This document shows, piece after piece, positions 35,691 to 46,355 of a stretch of DNA of 48,339 nt. Positions within the stretch are counted from its first letter, which is position 1; the number at the start of each line of letters is the position of its first letter. Source of the stretch: Mesotaenium endlicherianum. Its lineage: Eukaryota. A program made the position numbers and the translations under genes. The stretch is from the NCBI GenBank assembly GCA_009602735.1, contig WELA01003164.1, positions 1 to 48,339 of the forward strand, read 5' to 3'. The notes beneath the pieces are model-generated. The model searched no databases. It had not been told where the DNA came from and saw only the letters and a list, made by a program, of their open reading frames with translations.

Positions 35691-37354
35691 TGTAAGCTAT
35701 ACGTCTGCTACTTCACAATACCTATGTGAACCTGCGAGAACCTTACTTTGAGTTGAATGAAAGTGTGACAGTGCTCTTTTCCCTGATCATGGATGTCATG
35801 ACAGGAACATTATCATCGTATGTGGTATGTTAAGATGGTGTCACTCCCTGTTTGAACTCTGGAGGGTTTATGGGCCAGTTTGTGAACATGTAGTCAGGCA
35901 CGGGGCTGGAGAAATGTTTATAAGCGCGTTACCAGTTGAGGGGAAGGCAGAATGTTTTTCGGTCTCTGGTGTCGCGACTGACAAGCCCCTACACTTATTG
36001 GGCGGTACACACGATTTGCGGAAGTCCCGGCGCGCTCAGGTGCGGACAATCATTTATTGACCCACCGACTAGACCATGCTGACATGTGAAAGTCAGCGCT
36101 GAAGGCGAGGCCCTCCTTCCACAAGTGTAGTTGACATCACATAAACCCAGTCAACTCGTCACCTAGTGATAGGTGGAGATTTGCTAGTCAGGCTCAATCA
36201 GGCTAGCCGTGGGGGCTACCCCCGCCAAAGCTAGCAAGTGCTAGCAAGGGCCACGCCAGCAGCTCCCAAGTCAGGCAAACCTGAGGCGGCAGGCCACCTC
36301 ATCCCATGGCCCAGTAGCATCATTGTCACAATGGGCATTGCTGGGCATTGCCACTGATTGCCACGACTTGAGACATGGTCTCAGAAACCACGTCAGCGTG
36401 GGCACTGACCAAGAGGTTAACCTGTCACGCGCGATGCTTACGAGGCAAAGCGCACATGACATTTGACTCGACATAAGTTAGTTCAAGCGTTAACTTCCAG
36501 GTGAGTGAATGCAGGTGCTTGGAAACGGCACGAGCAAGCACGACTATGAGCACTTTGCCCTCATTCTCGCTCACATTTTTGACAACGGAGGAAGAGGAAG
36601 GAGAAGGCGCGAAGGAGAAAGGAGTTCCCAACGCCACCAAGGAGCCCGAAAAGACACGCTTTTGAAGACGATTTAAGTTCTTACCTTCCGTTTTGTCACG
36701 CTTTGTACCATAAGAGTTATAATTCTAATTTGCATGAAACATTCCCTCCCTGCAAAGATAGAGCTTGCAGATCAAATCAGATTCTAGTGCAAAATTTGGA
36801 CAAACACCACAAGCGTGCAAAGAGCACTTAAATTGGTGAGTTTTGTGTTAGTTTCTACATTTTGAGAAGTGGCCAATGTCTAATGGATGAATGCAAGAGC
36901 AGTTTAAGGAAAATTCTCAATGAAAAATTGAGAAAATCCAGCTTGTAGCTTGTAGAACTGGCAAGTGTGGCTAAGAGCAAGGGGCTCGGTTAGGCCAGCA
37001 TAGGTTTGTTGTAGAATTTGGAGTTTTGTAGGCTTGTATTTTGAAAGTAATGCAAAAGCCCGTATGGGCAATTCTCTCTGAATCATGTTTCCTTCATCCA
37101 TTGCTTTGACGTAAATTTTGCAGTTTACTATTGTCATCAAAGGTGCATCTATCAACTTGGGCGAAGAGCCTACTATGGAGTAGATGCATTTGTCCTTGTA
37201 AGGAGATACGAGCAGCAATTTTTTTTATTGCAAAATCTAAGCCTTTGGAAAAAGGAACAAGAAAGATTCAATAAGGAAAACAGTAAGATTTCTTGGCTTG
37301 TACCACTTCAAAAAGACCAAGACGGTCAACCAAGTGCAGCTTCTATCACCGACA

Positions 37355-37460
37355 CACGTGCGGAAGTCGGTCCTTGGTGATCAACTAGGTCAACGACTCA
37401 CGTGCAAGGGCCACCAACAAATTGACCAGACTGCACACGTGTTGGCAACCTTCACACGTG
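37355..37460. promoter_or_regulatory. Cluster of four CACGTG (G-box/E-box-like) motifs
   Basis: CACGTG at 37355, 37399, 37436 and 37455, upstream of the PEPCK-like gene. Function unproven. Confidence 0.35.
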
Positions 37461-37651
37461 CTTGTGGCGTCGACATGGTTAGGCACAACTTTGAGCAAAC
37501 TTGGCATTCTAGTTTCTTGCATAGAGTGAAAATAGGGAGGGCACCTCTTACTTCAATATTGGATCCCAAGATGTACGTACCCGGTGGTGTATTGCTTGAC
37601 GCATCATAACATCCTAGTCTCTAGTTCACATGTAGCTTGCTCGAGCAGGTG

Positions 37652-38171
37652 TGTAGTGATTTGAGTTATAATATATTAGTTGGCATATATTTTAATGCTT
37701 TTGAATATATTTGGAGTAGTATTGTGTGGAGTCAAGTGTGAATATATCCTCTAGTGACTTGGTTCATGTCCTTTGAACCTTCTAAGGCATTTTCGAAGTT
37801 AGAGGAAGGACCTAGAAGAACTCCATGTGGCAAAAGTCAAATGTGCCATTTTTAGGTCAAAAGGATATGTATACATTATTTTAGAAAGAGGTGGCAAGTT
37901 TTGAGATGTGTCGGGTGCCAACACATCAACATATACGTTTCTAGAAATTACTTATGTAGCAAGTATATAAACAAAGCAAGTATATAAACAAGAGCTAGAA
38001 CATAGAAAGACATTCCAGAATCACTCTTGTACGTGTCAAATTCCAAAAGTACATTAACTTTCAAGAAGTCATCTCTCTTTCAAGAAGCTACCACTTGTGT
38101 TCAAAGATCTTTGTCTTGAACAGATGAAGTATTCTACTTTACTATGTACTTTATCTATCTGTTTCAATACA
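37652..38171 (+). repeat. 5' LTR, family B
   Basis: TGTAGTGA...TCAATACA, homologous to 6617-7119. Contains a short duplication of AAGTATATAAACAA. Confidence 0.93.
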
Positions 38172-38172
38172 G

Positions 38173-38184
38173 TGGTATCGGAGC
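38173..38184 (+). promoter_or_regulatory. Primer-binding site TGGTATCGGAGC
   Basis: 1 nt after the LTR end. Confidence 0.9.
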
Positions 38185-38208
38185 GAGGCACTTTGGTAGC
38201 ACAAGAAG

Positions 38209-39414
38209 ATGGCCGATCCTCAAGACCATCAGCAAGCTTTCAAAGGAAGCCCTTCCTCTCCAAGAGACCCTCCTCCAGCGCCGGTGGGAGAGCCCACTCA
38301 AGAAAATCTGCAACAAAAAGAAGCACCACAAGGAGGAGCACCGTCAAATCCCGTGGCAGCCGCTATAGCAAAGTTGACCCCACCACAAGGAGTTCTCGCA
38401 AATGAGTGGGCGGCCTTCCTAATGACCGTCCACAACCAAGTGGTCCTGGCCACCTATGAAGCAACCGTGCAAGCGTCAAGAGAAGCTATGGCTGCCATGG
38501 TTGCCCCTATTGCAAGCAATGCTCAAAATCCAGCCCCGGCTCAAGGGCCTCCACAAGAGCCAACGAGAGCAAGGAAACTCATCAAGCCCGGCAAACCCGA
38601 CACTTTCAACCCCGGGAAAGGTGCCAACCTGAATTTATGGCTCTACCAAGTGGAGACGTACCTCGCATTCCTTGAAGTACCCGAGGAGGACTACGTTCCC
38701 TTTGCCGTTACCTTACTTAGAGGAGCAACAACATCATGGTGGCGTAACTATCAAGCGGCTATATATCAAGCTATGGCGCACCCCATGCTCGGCCAAGAGC
38801 CCCCACCATCATATGCAAGATGGGCAGATTTTCGTGAGGCCCTCAAGAAGCAATTCATGCCCATCAATGCGGAGAAGATTGCCCGAGGAAAGCTCCACCA
38901 TCTCAAGCGAACGACGTCCGTTCAAGAGTATACATCTAGATTTCACGCCCTCACTCTTGAGATCCCTAACATGTCTCTCGAGGAGAAGATTGATCGCTAC
39001 ATCTTTATCCTCAAGCCCAAGGTGGCAAAGGAAGTGGAATTACGCGACTTGACGGACTTCTCAAAGATCATTGAAGTGGCCCAAAAGGTGGATACCTTGG
39101 ATTTCAAGCACTCCGTGCCTTCATCTTCATGGGTACTGGCGACGCGGGTGTACGCATCCCAATCCACATCCGAATCTGGACCCACACCCATGGAAATTGG
39201 AGTTATTAAAAGGGACCCCGCGGCTGCCCAAAAGAGTGGAAGAACCTCCAATGACACTTATGATGCAAGAAACCAGCAAGGAGTGAAAGCAAGACTCTCC
39301 CGAGCTGAAAAAGAAGCTCTCATGACGGCTGGACTATGCTTTTATTGCAAGGAAAAGGGCCATCGTGCACTCTCATGCCCCAAAAAGTTGTCCAAAAACG
39401 GACAGCGCCGGTAG
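38209..39414 (+). CDS. gag: Family B gag, intact 401-aa ORF
   Basis: KPDTF, LLRGA..WW, LKRTTSVQEYTSRF, GPTPMEIG, and zinc knuckle CFYCKEKGHRALSC. Confidence 0.93.
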   Translation: MADPQDHQQAFKGSPSSPRDPPPAPVGEPTQENLQQKEAPQGGAPSNPVAAAIAKLTPPQGVLANEWAAFLMTVHNQVVLATYEATVQASREAMAAMVAPIASNAQNPAPAQGPPQEPTRARKLIKPGKPDTFNPGKGANLNLWLYQVETYLAFLEVPEEDYVPFAVTLLRGATTSWWRNYQAAIYQAMAHPMLGQEPPPSYARWADFREALKKQFMPINAEKIARGKLHHLKRTTSVQEYTSRFHALTLEIPNMSLEEKIDRYIFILKPKVAKEVELRDLTDFSKIIEVAQKVDTLDFKHSVPSSSWVLATRVYASQSTSESGPTPMEIGVIKRDPAAAQKSGRTSNDTYDARNQQGVKARLSRAEKEALMTAGLCFYCKEKGHRALSCPKKLSKNGQRR

Positions 39415-41135
39415 GCCACGAGCCTACCACCCCAAGACCCACTTCACGAGAAGGCAACAAGCCAAGTGAGGTGGAGACCCCCGTTGAAGACGACGTTCCA
39501 GCCCCAATGAGTTTGAGAGGTTACCTTGGAGGAGAGAAGGTCCACATCTTGGTGGATAGCGGAGCTCAAGGCAACTTCATTGCTGCAGATTTTGCCACCA
39601 AGCACGGTATTACTATGCGAACTCTTAACCACGACGAGGAGATTATGATGCCCGATGGATTCTCCTATACTACCCCTTCCAAGAAAACGTACCCCTTGGC
39701 ACTCTCTATCAAGTCCTTCAAGGATAGAGTAGAATTCTCCCCCATGCAATTGGGCAAGTATGACGTCATCTTAGGGACGCCTTGATTGACCAAGCACAAC
39801 CCCCAAGTTGATTGGAGAGATGGTACTATCAAAATCAAGAATGACAAGACTTCAAGAATCTGTATTTTGTGCGCAATCCAGAATATCCAGACCCAAGACA
39901 TCAAGAAGCCGGCACACGAGATACTATTGTCCGCCCTCAACTCAAGAGACTTGTGAGGAAGGGACACGAGCTTCTTTTGGCCTTGATCACGCCAAAAAAC
40001 ATCAAGAAAGACATCAAGAGTTAAGAAGGTAGCCCCCTTCCCAAGGATATACAAGAAGTCTTGCAGGACTACAAAGAAGTTTTCTCCCCAGAATTGCCCT
40101 ACGGCCTACCCCCCAAGAGATTCGTAGACCACAAGATAGAGTTGGAGCCCGAAAGCAAGCCCATCTCTCGGCCTACGTTCAAAATGTCAAACACGGAGCT
40201 AGACGAAGTCAAGAAGCAAATCAAGGAGCTACTGGAGCATGGCTTCACTCGACCTAGCAAGTCGCCATTTGGAGCCTCGGTGCTATTTGTCAAGAAGAAA
40301 GATGGTACCTTGAGGATGTGTGTGGACTATCGCGCCCTCAACAAGATCACCATCAAGAATCGATACCCGCTGCCACGCATGGATGAGCTCATGGACCGGC
40401 TGGTTGGAGCCAAGTACTTCATCAAGGTGGAATTGAGAAGCGGCTACCACCAGATTCGCATCGCTGAACCTGACATAGAGAAAACGGCGTTCATGACAAG
40501 ATATGGACATTTTGAGTTCATGGTCCTGCCATTTGGACTCACCAACGCGCCAGCAACTTTCATGACTATAATGAACACCATATTTCAGCCCATGTTGGAC
40601 AGATTTGTGGTGGTATTCATCGATGACATCCTTATCTACAGCAAGACCCTTGAAGAGCATGCGAGACACTTGAAAGAAGTCCTCGAAGTATTGAAGCAAA
40701 ACAAGCTATTTGCAAAGGAGTCAAAGTGCGAGTTTGCCAAACAAGAAATGGAGTTCCTAGGTCTCCACGTGACTGCTGATGGCATCAAGATGGACCCCAA
40801 GAATCCCACGGTGGTGGAGGTGTAGCCAACCCCCACGACCAAGAAAGAACTCCAATCATTCTTGGGATTTGCCAATTTGTACAGGAGATTCATCCAGAGC
40901 TTCTCGCACATAGCAGCCCCTCTCACGGATCTACTGAAGAAAGACAAGTCATATGTTTGGACCGAGAAAGAGGAGGAAGCATTCCAACAACTGAAACAAA
41001 GATTGACGACATCCTCGATGCTCACACTCCCAAGGCCAAACTCAGATTGGCCCTTCCACGTCATCACCGATGCATCTTTCTATGCAATTGGAGCAATCCT
41101 GCTTCAAGACCAAGGCAAGGGACTGCAACCCATTG
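39393..41135 (+). pseudogene. pol: Family B pol (protease, RT, start of RNase H) with stops and a frameshift
   Basis: LVDSGAQ, DVILGTP*L (TGG>TGA), [33 protein letters not shown]. Confidence 0.92.
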
Positions 41136-41356
41136 TGTAATGAATCAGTATATTGGTTGATATAACATTCATTTGAATATTATAGTTGAATAAGTTCACC
41201 CTGCTGAATTTTAGTTATTATTGAGTCTGTTGGACTTTATTAAATACTCACTTTAATGACTCAGCCGGAAGCAGCAGGCTGAAGTCAACTTAGGTCAGCT
41301 TGCTGACACATTCTTTGACAGCCAGCTGACTTTCGTAGTCGATAGCAGCGACCTGC
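41136..41356 (+). mobile_element. First 221 bp of a family A LTR, interrupted by element D
   Basis: Begins TGTAATGAATCAGTATATT and is colinear with 45600-45820. Left flank CATTG. Confidence 0.88.
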
Positions 41357-42614
41357 TGTAATGAATCAGTTCATCATTTATTTAATTAATTGCATATATA
41401 AATATAACACTAAATAAGTATTATGTCTTTATACTCACATGTGCGAGTTCATCTAAATGAATGTATGTCGATGTAATGCGAGTTTACTTACTTTGTCAAA
41501 AAGGTCAGCAGGATGACTTTTGTACCATAGTGTAGTCTGCTGACTTTGTTGAAAAGGTCTGCAGGATGTCTTTTATATCATAGTGTAGTTTGCTGAGATT
41601 TATATATCAGTTATATATAGGATATAAACTCAGTAGGTTGACATATAGTAAGCTCGCTTGATATTAGTCAATATACTTAGCTTCAGTACGCTGAGGATAG
41701 ACATATTCATTTAGATTGTTACTTGTAGATTGGCACATGTGACCGTAGTATACTGAAAGTCGGGAGGTCGACTGAGATTCGGTAAACCGATGTCCTACCA
41801 GTGTGGTTAACTCCTGGGTAGGCGGAGCCGTCGTCAGTCAACTGAACAGTTAGGACTTCAGTCAATCGACCAATTAATATGGTCGTTATACCTAGATCCG
41901 TGGGTCCCAACTTAACGGGTTTCCCACGAAACGGCGCACCTTGCGCCGTGGTCAACCAGGTGGTCACTAGGTACATAGCAGGCTGGGATCTCGTGGTCCC
42001 TCATTCTGGACAGTAGGCTTTACAGTCGGATTTTTATTTGCAAGTGATGTGTGCACTTTTTGGGTTCGTTCTAATGACCAGCCTTCACAAAAGTTGACAT
42101 GGCTGCTTCGTTGCGCTCCAAATGGAGCAAATTACAACTTTTCGGAAAGGCCTCGTCAAGATGCATCCGTTGCTGTTGAGTTTGCTCAATTTGAAGTAGT
42201 ATTGACAGAGTTATGCCCTCTGACATTTCGGGGTCACACAGCGAACAGATTCCATGGTTTGCACCTAAGTCAGTGGGATGTGTTTGAGCTACATTATGGT
42301 CATCTGAATGAGAGCGCGTTTGCTATTCAGTCCCCTGATGTTGTGAATGGGCTATACATGCTTGCATGCCTGGTAGGCAAGAGGCCGTGAGTTTCTAAAG
42401 GAGAAGCTCAAGTCCTCAAGCTCGCCTCTTACTTGTGCCTCGTGTTAGTGTGCAACTATGGCACACTACGGTAAGTGAGTCAAGAGGTGTAGATGAGTAA
42501 ACGGAATTCTTATGAGGGCCAAGATCGCTCCCTGATTTCACACGCTTCCACCTATCTCTGATCTTTTCTATTCAAATGAAATATATTAATCTTGAATAAG
42601 CAAGATTCATTTCA
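41357..42614 (+). mobile_element. 5' LTR of family D (1258 bp), related to family A
   Basis: Termini TGTAATGAATCAGT...GATTCATTTCA as in A, shared core GTGGTTAACTCC(T/C)GGGTAGGCGG near 41803. Followed by PBS TGGTATCGGAGC at 42616-42627. Confidence 0.85.
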
Positions 42615-42615
42615 G

Positions 42616-45364
42616 TGGTATCGGAGCTAAGTCCTTTCTTGAATGTCCGTGCCCGTCTTCTTTGTCTCATGAGGTAGGTGTGTGAGGCTTACTTATGTGG
42701 TATGATGAGTCTAGGTGGAGCTTGGGAAGTGTATGATGTAGAGCATTGCACATCCTGTCCAGGATCCTTCCACTTGCTCACCTAGTGTGTCTCTAGGCTC
42801 AATGTACTATGCGGCATACTAACTTGACTTTCCTAGCCTCTTGTGTACAGATCCACGCAACGGGAAGCCTAAACTGGAGGCTTGATGGAAGGGGTGTTTG
42901 CAAGCATCAAGGGTAGCCTCAAGGGAGTTGCATCATAGCAAGCTGGATGTGACTCATTTACCTCACTTGATCATAGTCGTTGTGTGTTGTTATATACAAT
43001 CCACGGCTAGTATAGAGAGGGGTGTGCACTCCAGCGGTGCTAGAGGACTTGTCAGTCTGTTGTGCTATCGCTTTGGGTTTAAGCTTGTTGCTTTGCAAGA
43101 GACGTACCTCTCTCATTACATGTGTGGTAGCTAGGTTGAGGAAGCTTGGGTATGGCTGCATGTGTTGAGCAAATGAGACAGTGCGTGCACACATGATTTA
43201 CTAACTTGAGTTTCCAAGTATGGATTACGACAGGTTTTCGTCGCCACGGTCCAAGTGCACTACGTCGTCCACAAGCTTCAGCATGCTGCAACTTCTATGA
43301 GAAGAGGCTTCAATAGGAACAATGGCATTCTACAGATACCCTCTTTTCCCAACCATGGCTGTGACATTGTGTGCTCCTCTCGTTTGCCATATTGACGTGT
43401 GCAGGAAGGTTCAGGGTATATGCCTTGTGCTTGAATGCTATGTGTGAGACGGTGCTTTTGTGGTGCTTGATGGGATCGTAGGAGCTTGGGATTTAAGCTT
43501 AAGATAAGTCTAGTCAGTGTGCAGAGGTTTTTGGATGCGGATCTTATGTGATTGCTAACTTAGGTTAAGTCAGTTTGCTGGATTATTTGACCTAATGTGG
43601 TTGAAGGGTTTAAGGGCTCGGGTTTATGGACGCAAGGACTTCCCTTTAACTCTCTTTAGTTTGCATGACTTATTAGAGGATAAGTGTCCGAGAGCAGCCG
43701 CGATGAATGAGTACTTTGAGTACTTGAGCTGAATTAGCTCTTGGTGTTGCCATGCTTGGTGTGTGACATGTCTTACTGTGGGATTGTGGCTCGTCGGAGC
43801 CAGCGAGATAATCAAATAGATGAGCATATCGAGACTTGGGTCTGTACGGTGTGTTGACTGACGTATGGAAAGTCAACGTGGATACTAGAGGGGGTTTGAC
43901 TACTTGCCTTGGTCCAGTTGGCTATTTGGATGCCACCTGTACACTTGGTCAAGTGTAAGGAGGTTTGTGTCTTCGTCATAGGGACGATCTGGGCATATTA
44001 GCAGTGTGCTAAGTTTCTGCCGGCCTTGCAGCTAACTGAGCTCGCTAGAGGCGCATGCTAGGTAGCATGCAAGATGCATTTGTATATGCGTCAGGTGCAT
44101 GAAATTTACATCCCGGGTGCTAGAGGTAGTGGATCGCCGTTAGCATACCGTAGAGCAAGTGTAAAATGGGCCCTGCTGTAATAGATTCACTATGCACACC
44201 TAAGTAAAGACAGAAGAGACCATCGACATTATAGACGTTCTCGCAATGCATGGCTTGAATGATCTTGTTCAGTCTGATGCACAAACATTCTTCTTGCTAG
44301 CTTGGGGTTACAGTGCAAAAGTCTTACCAATGATTTATGCACGCTGTTGTTATTGGCTTGCTAAGTGCTTGCTGCAATTGCAATAGGTGCCATGTATGTG
44401 CCTCCAGAGAGGAACTTAGTTTTGAGCTATACTGAGTTTGCCCATTGTCATTGGTTTAGTCTATGTGATCCCAATGTTTGCCTCGCCCTCCCGGGAACTA
44501 TGTAAGATGGAGTCATCAGATCTTGAGTAGACTGATGCAACTAGGGTGTGGTGTTTACCACGCGTAGCTAAGCTCATGGAAGGCAACTTACACACTGGCT
44601 TGTTGTCTGTTTGACCGACTGAGACCAGCAAGCAGAGTGTGGAGCAATGGTGACATACAAGTCGAGAGAGGCCGAGGAGTTGGCATGCTGAACGCTGCCG
44701 CGTGACGCTTCCCCACCTGTCCTCTGGGCAACTTCAAGCAGTAAGGCCTGAAGAAGGGAGTATCCTGAAACATCAGAACTATGATACAGTTGGTTGTTTC
44801 TGGTCCCTTTTCACTTGGATTGTTCACTATTTGGTGGTTGTCATTATGGCGTATGTCTTGCTAGGAATGACTGGTATGAGTCATTGTATGCATGCGTAGG
44901 TAGTGTCAGCTAACTGAGCTACTCTTTGGTATAGGAGGAACTTGCTAATGGGGCAAGTCGTCTTTATCTCGTAGCAAGCTATCTACACTTCCAAATGGAG
45001 GGGTGTAATACGCTGGCTTGAGATTGGCTTAGTCATGGATAGAGCTTTATGGTGAGAGGGTCTGAACGGCAATACACTCTTTCCTATGCCACTTTGGGCG
45101 TTGCTCTAACCCTAAAAAAAATGGACTTTTTTTTTGGGGGGGGGGGACTTACTTTCTTTCTTGCTTACTTGGGTGTTTACACTTTGTGTCCTCTCTTGGT
45201 ATTCCTTTGTTGATTCTCCTCCACCCACTCGTACCTCCGCAATCCTCTGTGACTGTCACTCTGTGTGGTTCCTATGATGCGGAGTTGTACGCACTTTTTG
45301 GTGTGCTTATGTGGTTAAAGCTGTCGGGTCGACAGCTATTTAAGTTGGGGAGAGGGAGATGGGA
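42616..45364 (+). mobile_element. Non-coding internal region of element D (LARD-like), from PBS to polypurine tract
   Basis: No ORF over 80 aa and no intact gag/pol motif in ~2.7 kb. Ends GTCGAC...TTAAGTTGGGGAGAGGGAGATGGGA. Confidence 0.6.
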
Positions 45365-45599
45365 TGTGTATTAGGAGTATTCAGTAAGCTGTGCTTGCCT
45401 GCATACTCAGCAGCAAGTATATGTACTAACTGAGTCATACACTGCCACGTCCTATGTATGTACTGCATTAATATCAGGAGCATCAGTGACTGGCTGGTGT
45501 AAACTGTGAGTTGCAGTACACTGTTGGAGCAAGTGTACGTACTAACTGAGTAAGTACATTGCCATAAGTTGGATTGGGTAGCAATGATGCATGGCACAT

Positions 45600-46321
45600 T
45601 GTAATGAATCAGTATATTAGTCTATATAATATTCATTCAGATGTAATAGTAAATTAAGTTCAGCCTGCTGAACTCTAGTTAAATAATCAGTTTGCTGGAC
45701 TTTATATTTAATAACAATTTAATGACTCAGCCGGATGCAGTAGGCTGAAGTCAACTTAAGTCAGCTTGCTGACACATTCTTTGACAGCCAGCTGACTTCC
45801 GTACTCGGTAGCAGCAAACTGCCTCATATGCATTTAAGTGTGGTAGGCAAGATGAATGGTCAGATGACATCCCTATGATGGATGGCAATTCGAGATGATG
45901 GGAGATGGCGGTGGATTTGGTTAACCGAGGTCCTACCAACGTGGTTAACTCCCGGGTAGGCGGTGCCATCGCACTGACCGTTGAACAGTAAAACTCATTC
46001 TATGTACATATGCTAGGCATTGCTCTCGAGTTCGGCATTCGGAAACGAGGCCAACTCTCTTGTACAGCTTACTGAGAGAGATCTGAATCCAAGGCGAGAA
46101 GCCATTGATACGCACTGTCTTCTAACCTTGCTTATGTATGAGTTTACTGATTTGCATTATTGATGCTAGTTTACTCGCATTTGACTTACGAGTATTATTC
46201 ACTGCTAGTGTGTTGTCCTTTGTCGTTAAACCAGTTAACAGAAAATACCATAAAGATTACTTGCTGATATAAAGATCTTTATTAATTGTTAATCGCCTAT
46301 TTGGTAAGTCGATTCATTTCA
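45600..46321 (+). mobile_element. 5' LTR of a family A element (722 bp)
   Basis: TGTAATGAATC...GATTCATTTCA, PBS at 46323-46334, inverted copy of 589-1308. Confidence 0.93.
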
Positions 46322-46355
46322 GTGGTATCGGAGCAGTTATCACAGTCTTCTTTGT

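Larger units (their letters stand above)
37652..41135 (+). mobile_element. Family B Ty3/Gypsy element, 5' half (interrupted in RNase H)
   Basis: 5' LTR, PBS, gag and pol are present up to ...QGKGLQPI, where a family A LTR begins at 41136. Confidence 0.93.

Noticed and set aside
36904..37218. 104-aa minus-strand ORF upstream of the PEPCK-like gene
   Set aside because: No recognisable motif or splice link to the gene; possibly a transposon relic.
43250..43990. Faint RNase H, integrase and chromodomain-like remnants in the D interior (e.g. TTGGTCAAGTGTAAGG)
   Set aside because: Too degenerate and wrongly spaced to support by eye; needs a profile search.
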